Shown here: one piece after another, positions 38,669 through 51,900 of the stretch
Layout of the letters: the number at the start of each line of letters is the position of its first letter
How positions within the stretch are numbered: position 1 is the stretch's first letter
Source: Felis catus
Lineage: Eukaryota
NCBI RefSeq assembly: GCF_018350175.1
Contig: NC_058368.1
Location: 110,548,001 to 110,612,000, forward strand
Direction of reading: 5' to 3'
Length of the DNA: 64,000 nt
Position numbers and translations under genes: made by a program
The notes under the pieces: generated by a model
Databases searched by the model: none
What the model was told of the DNA's origin: nothing
Seen by the model: only the letters and a program-made list of their open reading frames with translations

Positions 38669-39904
38669 AAAAAGCAAGACAGGCCATAGCACCTATGGAA
38701 ACTTGCCCAAGTTCCATGAGGTGGCCTCTTCATCCCTGCCATCAGGAATTGTCCTGGGTCCTTTGTATATAGCTTAGAAGTCAACCTCAAGTTCTCCAGG
38801 AAGCTGACACATCTACTCACTAAGATCCTCCTTCCAGGTGTCCCACCAAAAGCCTCCATTTCCCAGGAAGGGGCTACGAGTCTTAGCCACTTCATAGGGA
38901 GTGAGAATTTGCCATCATGCAAGCTGACAGCTAGCTAACAGAGCCTAAGACTGACGGTCACATGGACAGGCAGGGTGCAGCCAGAGGAAGCAGGAGGTCC
39001 CATCCTTTCCCCTCTCCCTGGTGACCCTTGTAGAACTCCTGAGCTCGGCAGCCGGCCCGGCCAGCTAGATTCCCTCCACAGCCGCTCAGCCAGAAACAGG
39101 GAGGTTAATAAAACACACCACGAGGGTCCCCCGAGGGACAGCTCTTGGCCGCCTCTGAAGTTTACAAAAGCAGCGTTTCTGATGCCTCAAAGGCTGCCTG
39201 CCACGGCTCCCTGTGAATTATTACACTGCAGGTTTCCAGGACATTCTGTCTGCAATGCCTTGGGAATTAGAGTAATTGTATTTTATCTGTTTGCCAAGAG
39301 TTTTCAGTAAACTCCTTTAATGTACTTTAAAACTCACAGCCCCAAATAGCAATGCATGCCTCCTAGCTTATAAGGCACTGAATAAACACAGGGTGATGTA
39401 TGGAGCTGGAGAGGACACTATTCATATATTTACACCCTTTACCAAAACACACATTCATCTTAATGACATTACTTACCACACAGCCCCACAAAAGGAGCAC
39501 TGTGAAGGTCACAGACACAGGCCTTCCTCCGAGATGGTCCCCTCAGCTCACATAAGGCCCTCAAGGTAGTCTCTGTCCCAAGGGTTCCCCAACATAGGCA
39601 GCCGGGTCCCCCTGCCCTATCGCTGGGAGCCAAAAACAAGGACAGGAGCAGCATCACGCCTCTCCTCCTTGTCCCCACAACCCGGCCCAGGCAGCTTGCA
39701 GTCACCTCATGCTACCCCCACACAGACTCCGGCAATGGGCTGCCCCCAAATCAACTCCACTGTGTCCTTCAGCCAGGACAAGGGGGAGGAGCAACCGGAG
39801 GGGGAGGAGCCTGATGAAGAGGAAGGTGAAGGTGGCTGGAGTTGAGGGAGGGGGAGGGTGGCATGGTGGAGCAGGAGGTGCTGGGGTGGGGTCTGGGGCA
39901 CAGG

Positions 39905-40690
39905 GGACGGCTGTGCCAGCTCACAGTTCTTTACTGGAAGCTGGGTGCTGCAAAATGTGAGAAGGATCCAGAATTAGAAAAGATCTGAAAAGCGAAAAGG
40001 GCTCCTGGATGGACCTAATAACCGTATGCAAAGATAAACTCCCAAATTATGAAGAAAAGATTAAGACATTCTTTGAGCAGCATTTGCACCTGGATGATGA
40101 GATCCACTACCTGTCGGACCAGATGGCAGTGGGTACTATGATGTGAGAGATAAAGAGGACAAGTGGGTCCACATTTTCATAAAAAAGGAAACATAGTAAC
40201 TCTTCTTGCAGGGATTTATCACTGCTTCACACTGGAGGAAAGAACCACAGGAAGGCCATGTGGCTTTCTGTGGGAGAATGGGTGTGGACAGCGTGTTGAG
40301 GCTCGGGGGCAGTGGTGGGGGGCAGTATGTGGAATTCTGGGTGCAGACAGTGTAGCAGCGGTCCCAGGGCCTAGCTCACCCTTCGCCCTTGTGAATGTCT
40401 GGAACATGATCCCAGCAGAGAACCTGTCCTCTCTCCTTGCTTCTATATTGTAGACTTGGGGCCACGTGAGCTTTCCTTTCCCAGATTATTTGATCAGAGT
40501 ATGTTTTAATGAAGTGAACTTTATTATAAAAATGATTTTTAGGGGCACTTGGGTGGCTAAGCGGCTGAGTGTCAAAGTCTTGGTTTTGGCTCAGGTCATG
40601 ATCCTAGGGTCGTGGGACAGAGCCCCTGCATCTGGCTCTGCGCTGAGCATGGAACCTGCTTAAGATATTCTCTCTTTCTCTCTCTCTCTC

Positions 40691-40721
<31 letters not shown>

Positions 40722-41159
40722 TCATCTGTCCCTCTCCTCAACTCTCACATGTTCTCTCTCTAAAATTAAAACAAAAAAGGATTTTATAGGAAAGCAACGG
40801 TGGGAATGTGAACAAACCACATTCATTTTACCTACTTCAAGATCAGCAGTCGGTGGCCCTGTGTCTCCACACACATTCAACTTTAACTTGAGTGAGAGCA
40901 TCTCCCCAAATTTAAGGGCTAAAATGCCCCATCCAGACCTGGTTCTTTGACTGGAAGCAGATGTCAGTTGGTGCCATGCCTGCCTTATAAGAAGGTGTCA
41001 TAGTAGATGACAGGACTGGCCACACAGAAGATACTTCCCTTCCAAAACTAAGTGGGGAGTCCTGTTGGGTGTGAGCTCTCATATCAGCAGGGTAGTACTC
41101 AGGGTTGTTTACCCCATTTGCTTATTCAAAATAAAGTAGGTGCCCTAATTAAAAAAAAA
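39905..41159 (+). pseudogene. ADI1: Processed (retro-) pseudogene of acireductone dioxygenase 1
   Basis: Manual translation across frames gives VLYWKL...EKDPELEKI*...[101 protein letters not shown] (stop 40353-40355), matching recalled mammalian ADI1. No introns; premature TGA 39986-39988; several frameshifts; AATAAA 41130-41135 followed by A9 at 41151-41159. Confidence 0.95.
40542..40772 (+). mobile_element. Can-SINE inside the ADI1 pseudogene 3' UTR
   Basis: Head ggggcacttgggtggct, long (CT)n; degenerate TSD aaaaa(t/g)gatttt. Confidence 0.93.
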
Positions 41160-41184
41160 CACACACACATTCAGAAGCCTTTAA

Positions 41185-41525
41185 TCTGACCCAGAGTAAA
41201 AACAACATCCTTACAAAGGCCATGATGTGGGCCCTTCTCTGCTCTCTGACATCACCTCCCCCTGCTCTCCTCCATGCTCCCTGGCCTCCTGCTGCTCTTC
41301 ACACACACCAGGTGCACTTCTGCCCCAGGACCTTTGAATGTGCAGTTCCCTCTGCCTCTCAGGCTATCCCCAGACTTCTGTGAGGTTGCTTCTCTCCCAC
41401 CATCCCTTCAGGTCTCTGAGCGGTGTTAATCATTACAAAGAGTCCTCATGCTTCTCCACATACAGATGTAAGCATTTCCTCTGAGCACTCCCCTTCTCTC
41501 TCCCTATTTCATTTTGCTTCTCAAT
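41185..41525. mobile_element. L2 LINE fragment
   Basis: 'cagagtaaaaacaacatccttac...ccctggcctcctgctg...ccccaggacctttg...gttccctctgcc' resembles the L2 3' region. Confidence 0.7.
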
Positions 41526-41528
41526 GGT

Positions 41529-42112
41529 TGCTAAGGATTGAATGTTTGTGTCTCTCCACAAATTCATCTGTTGAAACCTAACCCTCAATGTGATGGCATT
41601 AGGAGGTGGGGCCTTTAGGATGTAATTAGGTCTTGAGGGTGGACCTTTCATGAATGGGATTAGTGTTCTTTTAGAAAAGGTCCCAAGGGCTCCTGGGTGG
41701 CTCAGTCAGTGGAGTGCTGGACTCTTGATCTCGGCTCCGGTCATGATCTCACAGTTGGTGAGTTCGAGCCCTGCATCGGGCCCCATGCTGACAGTGCAGA
41801 GCCTGCTTGGAATCCTCTGTCACCCTCTCTCTCTACGCCTCTCCCACTCGTGTGCACTTTATCTCTCTCTCTCTAAATAAATAAATACACTTTAAAAAAA
41901 CAATACGTAAAAATATAAATAAAAGAGGCCCAGGGTGCTACCTCGACCCTTCCATCCCATGAGGTTATAGTGAGAAGCTGGCCAGTCATCAAAAGACACT
42001 GAATCAGTTGGTGCCTTAACCTTGGACTTGCCAGCCTCCAGAATGGTGAGAGAGAAATTCCTATGTTTAAAAGCACCCAGTCTATGGTATTTTGTTACAC
42101 CAGCCTAAGACA
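41529..42112 (+). mobile_element. MaLR solo LTR (MLT1A-like) interrupted by a SINE
   Basis: 'tgctaaggattgaatgtttgtgtc...ggaggtggggccttt' to 'tatggtattttgttacaccagcctaagaca'. Confidence 0.88.
41686..41920 (+). mobile_element. Can-SINE
   Basis: agggctcctgggtggctcagtcag head, CT tract, A-rich tail. Confidence 0.94.
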
Positions 42113-42678
42113 ATATTCATCACTACCAATAAACGTTTATGGTCTCTTTCTAGGCACCTTCTCCCTAACTAAAAAGTAAAATCCATAAAAGCAGGGATTT
42201 TGTCTATTTTTTGTTGTTGTTTTTTTTTTTACTGCTCTATTTATTCCCAGATTTTAGAGCAGGGCCTCACATGCAGCCAGTGCTTTGAAGTATTTGCTGA
42301 AGAGTGAATGACCTTGCTCCTGGTCTCACAAAGAAACAGAATTGTGGGAGAGAAGAGAGCCGTGTGAGAGCAGCTCTCTGTTCACAGGGCCACACCCCCA
42401 GCAAGGCTGTCTCTGAACCCTTTCCAGCCTGTGTGAGGAACCACTGGAGGCCCCGGACCGGCTCCGTGGCCACACCCGCCCTGCCCTGAGCATGGTCGTC
42501 TGGAGAGGAAACAGCGTGTGCAAAGGACTAGCCCCAACATTCACCCCACCACCAGCTGTCTCGGTCCCCTGGGAAAGGCAACCAGGGAATATGGGTTATC
42601 TGCCCCTCCAGATGCTGAGACCATTCCCATCTCATCTGCTGCCCCTCCCACATGCCCACCCAGCACAGGCCTTAGACT

Positions 42679-43252
42679 TACACTGTCCAATAGGGAACCA
42701 CCAGCCACATGTTTGGCTACTGAGCCAATATTGGTAACTAGACCATATTGATGTGTAGACATAAAATACATGGAAGGGGTGCCTGGGTGGCTCAGTCGGT
42801 TAAGCGTCCGACTTCCGCTCAGGTCATGATCTCATGGTTCATCAGTTCGAGCTCTGCATCCGGCTCTGTGCTAACAGCTCAGAGCCTGGAGCCTTCTTCG
42901 GATTTTGTGTCTCCCTCTCTCTCTGCCCCTCCCTTGCTAGTGCTTTCTCTGTCTCTGTCTCTCTCTCTCTCTCTCTCTTAAAAATAAATAAAAACATTAA
43001 AAAAAATTTTAAGAAATAAAAAAAATACTTGGGAGATTTCAAAGGCTTTGTACAAAGGAAGCAGACTATCACATTAACAGTTTTGTATATTAGTTACAGA
43101 TTGAAATGATAGCATTTTGGATAGATTGGGTTAAATAAAATGTATTATTCAAATTACTGTTACCTGTTCCTTTCTACATTTTTTAATGTGACTACGAGAA
43201 ATGTTTAAATTACCTACATGGCTCACTATTAGATCTGTGTAGGGCAGTGCTG
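42679..43252 (-). mobile_element. MER33-like hAT-Charlie DNA transposon relic interrupted by a SINE
   Basis: Ends cactgtccaata... and ...gggcagtgctg; internal 'ttgggttaaataaaat...ttttttaatgtgactac'. Confidence 0.8.
42776..43021 (+). mobile_element. Can-SINE (feliform type)
   Basis: Near-consensus head; TSD aaaatac(a/t)tgg. Confidence 0.97.
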
Positions 43253-46200
43253 ATCTGGAGGAAAAAATCATCTGAGAAGCAGTTCTGACCAGAAGCAGGG
43301 AAACCTTTACTCCCCAGCTCCAAACTCCTTGCTTATTCCTGTGCATCTGAGCAAGCAAGAGGGCTGTGTCCTCCTCCGGAGCCAGGAAGTGTGGACTCCA
43401 GTCTGTGCTGATGGAGCTCAGTCCCTGGGGGCCTGGGCCTTGGACACTGACCACAGGGGTCCTCCATGCATGCTTCATGTGGGACCCCCTCCGCCAGGTG
43501 TGGTCTTCATGCTCAAAGGGCCCCAAACATCATCATGCCCTTGAGTGAGCCTCAAGTGAAATGCACCCAAGCTGGAAGGAGAAGTGGCTTCGACGAGAAG
43601 CCTTGCCTCTTCACACAGGGATCTCTGTCCCAGGTGGAAGAGTGAAGACGTGGAACCCACCCAACACGGGCATCCCACAAGGATGATTTCTGACCGTGTC
43701 CCCAGCCCTCGGCACACACCAGGGGTGTGGCTGTTTGAGGACGTGGCCTGAGGTGTAGGCTGGAGCATCTGGAGATGTGGCACTTGGTTTTTAAAAATAA
43801 GATGAGACCCACATTTCTGGCACTAATGACTCTCCGATCCTATCACCCTTAAAAATATCCCACAAAGACGGCTGTTGTCACTGCATTTTTAGCGCATTCT
43901 GACTACTTCCAAGACTGCAAACATTCCAGGACGTGCTGGGGTGTAGACTGCAGATGTGTGAGTCTGTGGAGGAAGCAGCAGAGGTGGGACCTCCTGGTGC
44001 AGGCAGGCTCAGGGGCTGCACGTGCTGCAGTGGAGGGGTGGGTAGCAAGACAGGGCTGCCCAGCTTAGACCTCTTAGGTGATCTTCCCTAGGGAGCTCAA
44101 TGACCAGCCATCAGCCTCCTCCAAATCCACCTCTCACCTCCCCGCATTCACAGAGGCTAGAGGTCTCTTAGACACACAGTAAGGCAGACACTGAATGCAT
44201 CTGAGAGTTCCAAAGCCCTGGGTGTCTCACTCAGGATGAAGAGTTTGATGAGGGGAGATCAAAATGCCAAAGTTCAAGTTGATCATGTTTTGGTCCCCTG
44301 GGAGATTCAGAGAGGTCAAAAGAGAATAACGAGGATTGAGAAACTGACACGAACAGCCCAGCATTAAATCACAGGAATTCCTTTTCATTCCCCATGAGTT
44401 TCTAAGCTTTCCAGAGCTTTCCCAAAGTTTCAGAGCTGTCAGGGACACCGTCTCTCCCGAGTGTGGATTATCTGAAATAACTTTTAACTTGCATTCTGGT
44501 TTCTGTGTCTCTCTGGCCCTTATCAGTGTCTGGCGATTCAGAGAAGGGAAACTTACATGGGTGTTCACCAGCTATAAAAAATGGCAATGGATATCCTGGG
44601 TGTATCCCAAAGCCACCCTCTGTGTCTGCAGTGGTAGCATCAGTGACTGTTCTGGATAATCTGTGGCAAGAGTCTTAGGCCATGGTCCAGGGGGCTGAGC
44701 TAGGGGAGACGGCTTGAAGAGGGGCCAGGGAAGACATACACCCACACCTGCCCTCTGGAACTGTGTGTAGACAGATACTCTGGAGGCCAGACTACAGGCA
44801 GATTGAACCCCTTTCCGGCCTTTGGACTCCTCTTTGGTCTCTGAGGATGGAAGGAACTGGGGTTCAAGTGCTGATGGAGTATGGGGTGCTCACAAAGGGA
44901 CAAGCCTGAAGGGGTAGCGTCACTGAGCCAGGCCCCACGTCTGGCCTACTGGCCTTTCACTCGCCAGGCCACTGACCTTGAGAGCCAGATGAACTTGATG
45001 GACATCCTCTTCCCTCTGAGTAGGTCTGGCTGGTGTGGAGAAGGGACTCAAAGAATACAAGCTCAGGGTCAGAGCACAGAGCCATCAATTTGGTGACTTA
45101 TTTCTGAGCTGCTCACCCTTCTCCCATGCTGCTCAGTTTATGGGCTCTTAGGGGCATCCCCTCATGGCCCATGAAGATCAGGATAAATATTTTTGGCTAA
45201 ATTCAAAATTCCAGTCCAGAGAAGGCCAGGCAAGGACTTGCACCCACGGCTTCTATTAATAGAGCATATTTCAGAAAAGGCCTCTTAAATTGTGAAGGCT
45301 CCAGGGTAGAAGCTGTAGGGGTGATGGATGCACTCACTCTTATGGCTGGACAGGAGCTGGAAATCAAAGTGAGGGCTGAGTGTGCAGTACTGGGTTCGTA
45401 GAAGAGTACCTTTCTGTCCAGGCCCCTGTCACTGGCAGCCACGAGCTGCTCAGGCAATGCCAGCTGAACAGTCCTGAAGGGCAGTGACATGTGGGGCCCT
45501 CTCTCTCGTGTCAGAGCCACAGCTTCTTCAAGGCAGGGGTGTGAGAGACATGAGATCATGAGGCAATGTTCTCCAAAGACGCCTTGTCTCCTCAGGGGCC
45601 TTCCTTGCTCCAGAGGAGCCGGATTTTTCAGGGGATTCCAAGCCATGATGACAGGGGAGACTTGGGAGATCCCATTTACTGTAGAGGTGAGAACAGAGGA
45701 TGATATGAACCCTGAGCCCTGAGGGCAGAGACCATGGATCAGACAGGAGTGGACTTTAGACGTAAAGATGCTAGAAAGAAGAATGCAAGCTCCCCACTGC
45801 ACTAATCCCACCTCAGCCAAGTTAGTTCTGATCCACTGGACAGGAGCAAGGATGTCACCTGTTAAGCCTCTGGCTACAAACAATGCTTCTCTAAATATCC
45901 TCAAAGATCCCAAGCCCTTCCTTTTCTCTTCCCTTTTCTTGCCCCTCTTCCTTTCTCCTGCCCTCCTGTTTTTTCATCCTGCTTTTCTCCACTGCTCATG
46001 CTCTCTTTACTGGCAGTGGCAGAGTATTCCATCCCTGTTTGAGTTCTAACACGAAATGCAGATGAGCTGACCTCTCTCTACTTAAAGAAGAGCCACCACT
46101 GGCAGAATTTCCTTGGATTTTGAGGTCTGGGAGGGCAAAGCTAGGAACTCAGGGTCATCTCCAAGTCCCTACTGCCAATCCGGTGTGTGCACATAATACC

Positions 46201-46651
46201 TTCTGGGTAAGCCATCCTTTAGAAAGTTCATGAATAATTCTAAAGCAAAATAAACATGCAGTTCTACCAAAAGAAAGACTAACAAAACCCTTACCAAACC
46301 CTAACCCTAAATACTAAATGCTAAAATATTGCCCTAATATTTACTGTCTATGAAAAAAAAAAAAAAAACAAGTTACACTATAGCAGATAAAGTAGATTTG
46401 GTAGCAAAGAATTTTATGAAATACACAAGGTTACAATAGTATTTTTTTTCAATGAATCAACAATGGTGACCCAACACAGACATGGGGCTCACAAAGGCCA
46501 CAAAATAGATGCAAGAAAGATGCACAGAAATACCCCCTGACTGTACATTCTGCCCCCCCCCCCAAGTGACAGATGAAGAAGGCTAATAAACTAAAGACCA
46601 TAGAAACATGACCTGCGTGGTCCAGTAGCTGACACGTTGAAGGAATGCATC

Positions 46652-47117
46652 TGTATTAGGTTCCTGAGGCTGCTATAACAAATTGAGTGGCTACAGCAGA
46701 AATTTATTCCCTCATGGTTCTGAAAGCCACAGGCCACAAGCAAGGTGTCAGCAGGGCCATGCTCCCTCGGACACTCTGGGTAGAACCCATCCTTTTCTCT
46801 TCCTAGCCTCTGATGGGGCTGTCAGTCCTCCGTGTTCTTGGCTCACAGCTGGATCTCTCCCATCTCTGCCCCCATCATCGTAGGCACTCTCCTGTGTGTC
46901 TGTGCTCACATCTCCCCTCTTCTCATAAGGCTATCAGTCATCCTAAACGGGGCCCACACTAATGACTTCATCTTTGCTTGATTATATCAACAAAGGCTTT
47001 ATTTCCAAGTACTGTCATAATTCCCACACACCAGGGTTAGGACTTCAACATATTTGGAGCGACGGGTCAGCAGGGGAGGGGAGGGTCAGGGTAGAGGACA
47101 CAATTCAAGCCCTGAGA
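46652..47117 (-). mobile_element. MaLR solo LTR (MLT1C-like)
   Basis: 'tgtattaggttcctgaggctgctataacaaa...caaggtgtcagcagggccatgctccctc...gggttaggacttcaacatat...ggacacaattcaa'. Confidence 0.85.
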
Positions 47118-48689
47118 GAACTCAGTGACAAAGAAGATGCCTTTTCTTTGCAAGTATGCCAGTGGCATTAGGTGCTGTACTCTGGGCTTTTTGGAGATAT
47201 ACATCCATACCATCTATTTATTCATATAAATAAAACTGGTATTCTCCCAAGATCCTACAAATGTCTTTCATATTACTGGTTGCATCTCATGCTCTATTTC
47301 TGGTTTTATTTGTTTACATATTTCTTCTTTCTTTGATCAGTTTATGACTAATGGCTTTGCAGATTTTCTCAAAGGCCTAATTATTGGTTCTGTCCATCAA
47401 TACTCATTTCTCCTGCCTTGTTTATCCAGAGTTATTATTGCTTGCTTTCCGAATTTTCTCAGCCTCTTTCTTACATCCTGAAAATCTTTAATCTGGAGAT
47501 GCAGCTCGCTGTGTCTGTGGTTTTTGTTTTTCTTTTTAATCTTTCCTGGTGACACAGGGATTTAGAATTGGGCAGCTTTTCTAAATGTCTTATTTTGGCA
47601 ACATCCCATAAGTTTTGATAGTTTGTGCTTTTTTTTTAATTATTCCAATTTTTTCTGGGTTTTCTTCTTGATTTAGGCATCCCTTAAGACAACTTTTTTA
47701 AATGTCATTTGGTGGAATACCCCGAGATTACTTTTCATGTATTTCTAACCCCCTTGTACTATGGTTGGGAATGTGGTAGATGGAATTTCACCCACAGCCC
47801 AGCATGCTCTAGGGAAAATGGCACAGTTTGGGGTGCATGGGTACGAGTGTTGGCTGAACATGTGTGTGACCATGGACCTGCCTTACCTCTCGGGCCAGGT
47901 GCCCTCACATGTAAACCATGTAGACTTGGCCTGACTCCTGAGCCAGTCTGGGGATAACTTTGCTTTCCAAAAAGTACCAGCCCAAAAAATTAAATATGAT
48001 TGCCAAGCAAGCTAAACCCTTAGGTCCAAAGGGAGAACCCTTCCTAAAGCAAAGCAAAAATTCTTAAAATCTTTTTTTTCTACCTTTCACTCTGTCTGCA
48101 CGCTGCCTACCTGCAGCCGGGTCCACCCCTAAATATTCTCCCATCCAGGTCCTGCAGGCCCCTGATCTCCTCTGCCTCTCCTCCTGACACCAGTCTTTCT
48201 GCTTTCAACTTGCAGTTCTCTGGCAGGGAAAAGCTCCCAATTGGCCGTACCATACAAAGGCTGAGTCCTCCAGCCAGGGAGGACTCACCAGGGAGCAGGG
48301 TGAGATTAAGAGGATTTGTATGCTTTCATCCCTGTCACACCTGTGAAAAGGACACCTGCTCTCCCCATCTGAAGCTAGTGGCTGGGTGCAAATCTGTCAG
48401 TTAACAATGGAGGCCTGGAGACCTCCCTCTGAGTGCCACACAGACGAGGATGTGGAACGGCTTGGCTCCCTACCCATCTCCAGTGACTTCCAGGAGACTA
48501 AGCCACCTGCTTCAGAACACCCAACCCAACTCCAAAAGTGACGCCCCCTGCTGTCTGATCCAGGCCTAAGCCTCCTGAGATCTTCCCCACTCTGCCCTCA
48601 CCAGCTACTAGGGGAGGTCCTACTGCTTGGAGCACTCTGCCTTTGGCCAGTTCTGGCACACACCCTTCAAACTGCAGCTCAGTAGGTAG

Positions 48690-48900
48690 AGATTTGAGCA
48701 CATACCAAGTGCCAGGCACTGTGCTAAACGCCTGACACATATTTTTTCATTAAATCACTCCAGAAACCAGAGGAGATAGATATTATTATCTCCATTTCAT
48801 AGAAGATGACACCAAGGCTCAGAAAGTTTAATCCACTGGTCCATAGTCCCTCACCTTGAAGAACTGGGGCTTAAATCCAGAGCCACCTAAGCTCAAAGCC
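48690..48900 (-). mobile_element. MIR SINE
   Basis: 'gtgccaggcactgtgctaa...tattattatctccatttcataga...aaggctcaga'. Confidence 0.8.
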
Positions 48901-51900
48901 CCCTCTCTCAAACACCCATTCTTCTGGCCTAGACATCACTGGTTCTAGAAGTTTTCTCTGTCCCCTCCCCTCTGCTCCTTCACCAACCACCCTACCTGGG
49001 TCTGCACCTTCTCTGTCTCCCACAGTCCTCTGACATACTGTATGGTAATTGCTTGTTTGCCTCTCTGCCCTTGCCACTCAACAAGGAGCTTTTTGAGGGC
49101 AAGAAATGGATTTGGGATGTTAGCTGCTCTATTCCCAACACCTAGCAAAGGGCTTAAAACCCATTAAGATCTTAATAAATATTAGTTAGATTCATGGATG
49201 GATGGATGGATGGATGGGTGTATGGATGCTAAGTGCTGGGACGTGGAGATTGACAAGCACACTTGTCCTTGGGAAATGCTCAGCATGGAGGAGGGATTCA
49301 CTGACTGCCAGTGACTAGAGCATGTGACAACTGGTAGCACCAGTCTGCCAGTGGCTGGCTCATGGGGCCCATGCTCAGTGAACTCCCCTCAGACAAAAGC
49401 AGTCAAAGGTAGAAATGAAGATCTGTCAAAGTTTATCAAGCCAAGTGTGCAGGGAACTTCCTTCCTCCATTTGTATCTTATAAGATTCAGAACAGTCTCT
49501 AAACTGGGATGCACATTTAGCACGTGCTCTAAACCTGAGAAACAGAAGTAGCTAGAGTCACTACCTTCCGCCTGGTTCATTTCATACACTGTCAAGTGGG
49601 ATTACATTTGGCTGAGGGCAAGTGGGCCAGTGAAAGCACTAACACCCATGCCACAGCAGCAGCATGGAGTCGGGAAATACATTCTTGCCCAGGGTGCCGT
49701 GGCTGGTGGGGGCAGACAAGCTGAGGCTAGGGAGGTTGGAGGGCTGTAAAGCTATTTTGGGTCCTGATGATGATTTCCAGAAAAAGGAATTCAGGCTTTG
49801 TTCCATAAGCAACAGGGTAACACTGATGTTGCTAGAACAGGGGGTGGGATGTTTAAAGCTGTGTCTTAGAATTGGCACCTCTGGATGGTGATGGGTGCAC
49901 GAGATGCCTGAGTGGGGTGGGGGGAGCCTCTCAGGACGTGGGCATATCAAGGGCTCTAGGTCACAAGGAAGCCACTCTTTCCACCTGGAGGGTCAGGTGC
50001 CCACAGCATGCTAAGAGTCAAGAACTGAATTCCCAGGGAGCTGCTCCACTCCCGGCCAAGTCTGTAGAAGCCCAGAGATATTTGTGGGAACTAGGTAGAG
50101 GGTGGGGGGCAAGGAGGATGGTGGAATGGACTGAAAATTACAAGCTGTGAGAGAAGTTTTCTGCCTAGTTACACTTTACCAATTTGGATCTCCAACACTA
50201 ATTTGAATATTAATCATTTTGAAAAAATATACACAGGCAAATATTTTTCCTTTTAAACACCTGTCACCAAGATCTTGATAAATGGCTTGCTCAGCAGCCC
50301 TGCAAGCATCCAGAATCTCAGCCGAGCTATCCCCCTTTTCTGCAAAGCCACGCAGACCCCTCCTTCCTGGGCTGGTCTGCTCTCCTGGCTCTGTCCTGGA
50401 TCCTCCTAAAAGAGAGGACACCCCAGGACATCTTCCATCGGCCCCAGTTTGTCCAGCACCGGGCACCTCAGTAGACGATCTAAATTAGCTAAATTCGCCT
50501 AGGACCTCTAAGGATACAGAGACTCCACACCCCTGGGGGCATCTGAGCTGAGAACAAGCTGAGGCAAAGATTGGAGTCAACAAGAAGGTTCTGGACTCCC
50601 AGGCTCTAGGTTGTGTGACACACGACGTTGACCTGCAGCCACGGGAGGAGTCTTGAGAGGGGCAGCCTCGTGCACATCCCATTCCCATGGCTGGCCGCCA
50701 GGTGAAACTCTGCCGTTTGGGCAGCAGAGAAGCACCTCGAAACTAATGATGATCATAAGAAAAGGTACAAGGATGAGGGGAGTAGTGGTAGCTGATGCTT
50801 ACTGAGCACCCATATATGGCAGGCACTGTGCTGACTGTCATCAGGGCGTTATCTCTTAGAACAAATGCCCAGTGTGCAGAGATGAGTGCCATCCACTTTA
50901 CAGAAAAGGAAGCCTAGAAAAGCCACAGCTCTTGTCCACTGGTGACACTAAGACTGACCCAAGAGCCTGTGTCATAAACCTCTGGGCCATGCTGCCCTTG
51001 ACCATTTCCCCTCCCCTCACTGTCCTTGGCACTCAGCGTGGTCCCCACAGCCCCGGCCCCGGTCCTGTCTCCTGTCCCTCCTGGCTGCTGCCCCTGAAGC
51101 CTCCTTCCTCACCTCCCCCAAAGGAACCCCAGACCTCCACCTACCCTCAGCCAGCTGCCCTGACCACAACTGACCTCACCCCTCCCCTGTCCGCACCCAG
51201 GCCCAGGCCAAGCTGTTCCCCACCCTCTCACTCCAGCTGCACTTCAGCAGGAACTCTCAAGTGGCCCAGGTTCCCCCAACAGCATTGAGGGACTTGTCAT
51301 TCTTTCATCAGGCATCCAATGAGCCCCTGCACTTGCCAACATCATGCCAGACTCATGCCAGACACAAGCAGAAGTGCCACCAGGCCACACCTTCTCTCTC
51401 TCTCTCTCTCTCTTCCCTTTTTTTATTTTTTATTTATTTTTTATTTATTTTTATTATTATTATTATTTTTTGCCTCTAATGCTCAGGCCACTCCCTGATA
51501 GGGGCTATGGCATCTTACTCTTCTGAGAATCTCAGACAGAAGGTTACACCAGAGCCAGCTCGGTCCCCAGGGCCAGAAGCTTTGCTGCCTCTGGCACAGA
51601 TGACCAATTGTCCCACCCAGAGGTGTTCCTGAGAATGGCATCCCAAGGATGCAAGGACAGAGTCAGAGACAGGTCCTGGCCCGTGGCCAGTGATCGCTCC
51701 ATAAACAGGGAACTGGGTAGGTTCTCAAACCCCAGAATGGGTTTTGGGGAGAAGGCTAGAATTGCCTTTTCTTGGGTATTTGAGGAGGGACACGGAGATG
51801 TCCTTGTCCTGAAGGAGGCAGGTACACAGTAACCTTTATATCCCTGCAGCCCTGTGTAGTCTGCAAAGTTTTTGCACACCCATTACTTCGTTTCAGTCTC

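Noticed and set aside
44574..44582. TATAAAAA TATA-like box
   Set aside because: Isolated motif with no CpG island or downstream exon evidence.
45203..45913. 236-aa ORF (-)
   Set aside because: No recognisable protein similarity or exon context.
46288..46312. Telomere-like CCCTAA repeats
   Set aside because: Only two perfect units; too short for an interstitial telomeric repeat call.
51393..51470. (TC)n plus T-rich tract resembling an orphan retroposon tail
   Set aside because: No element body or TSD found; treated as a simple repeat.
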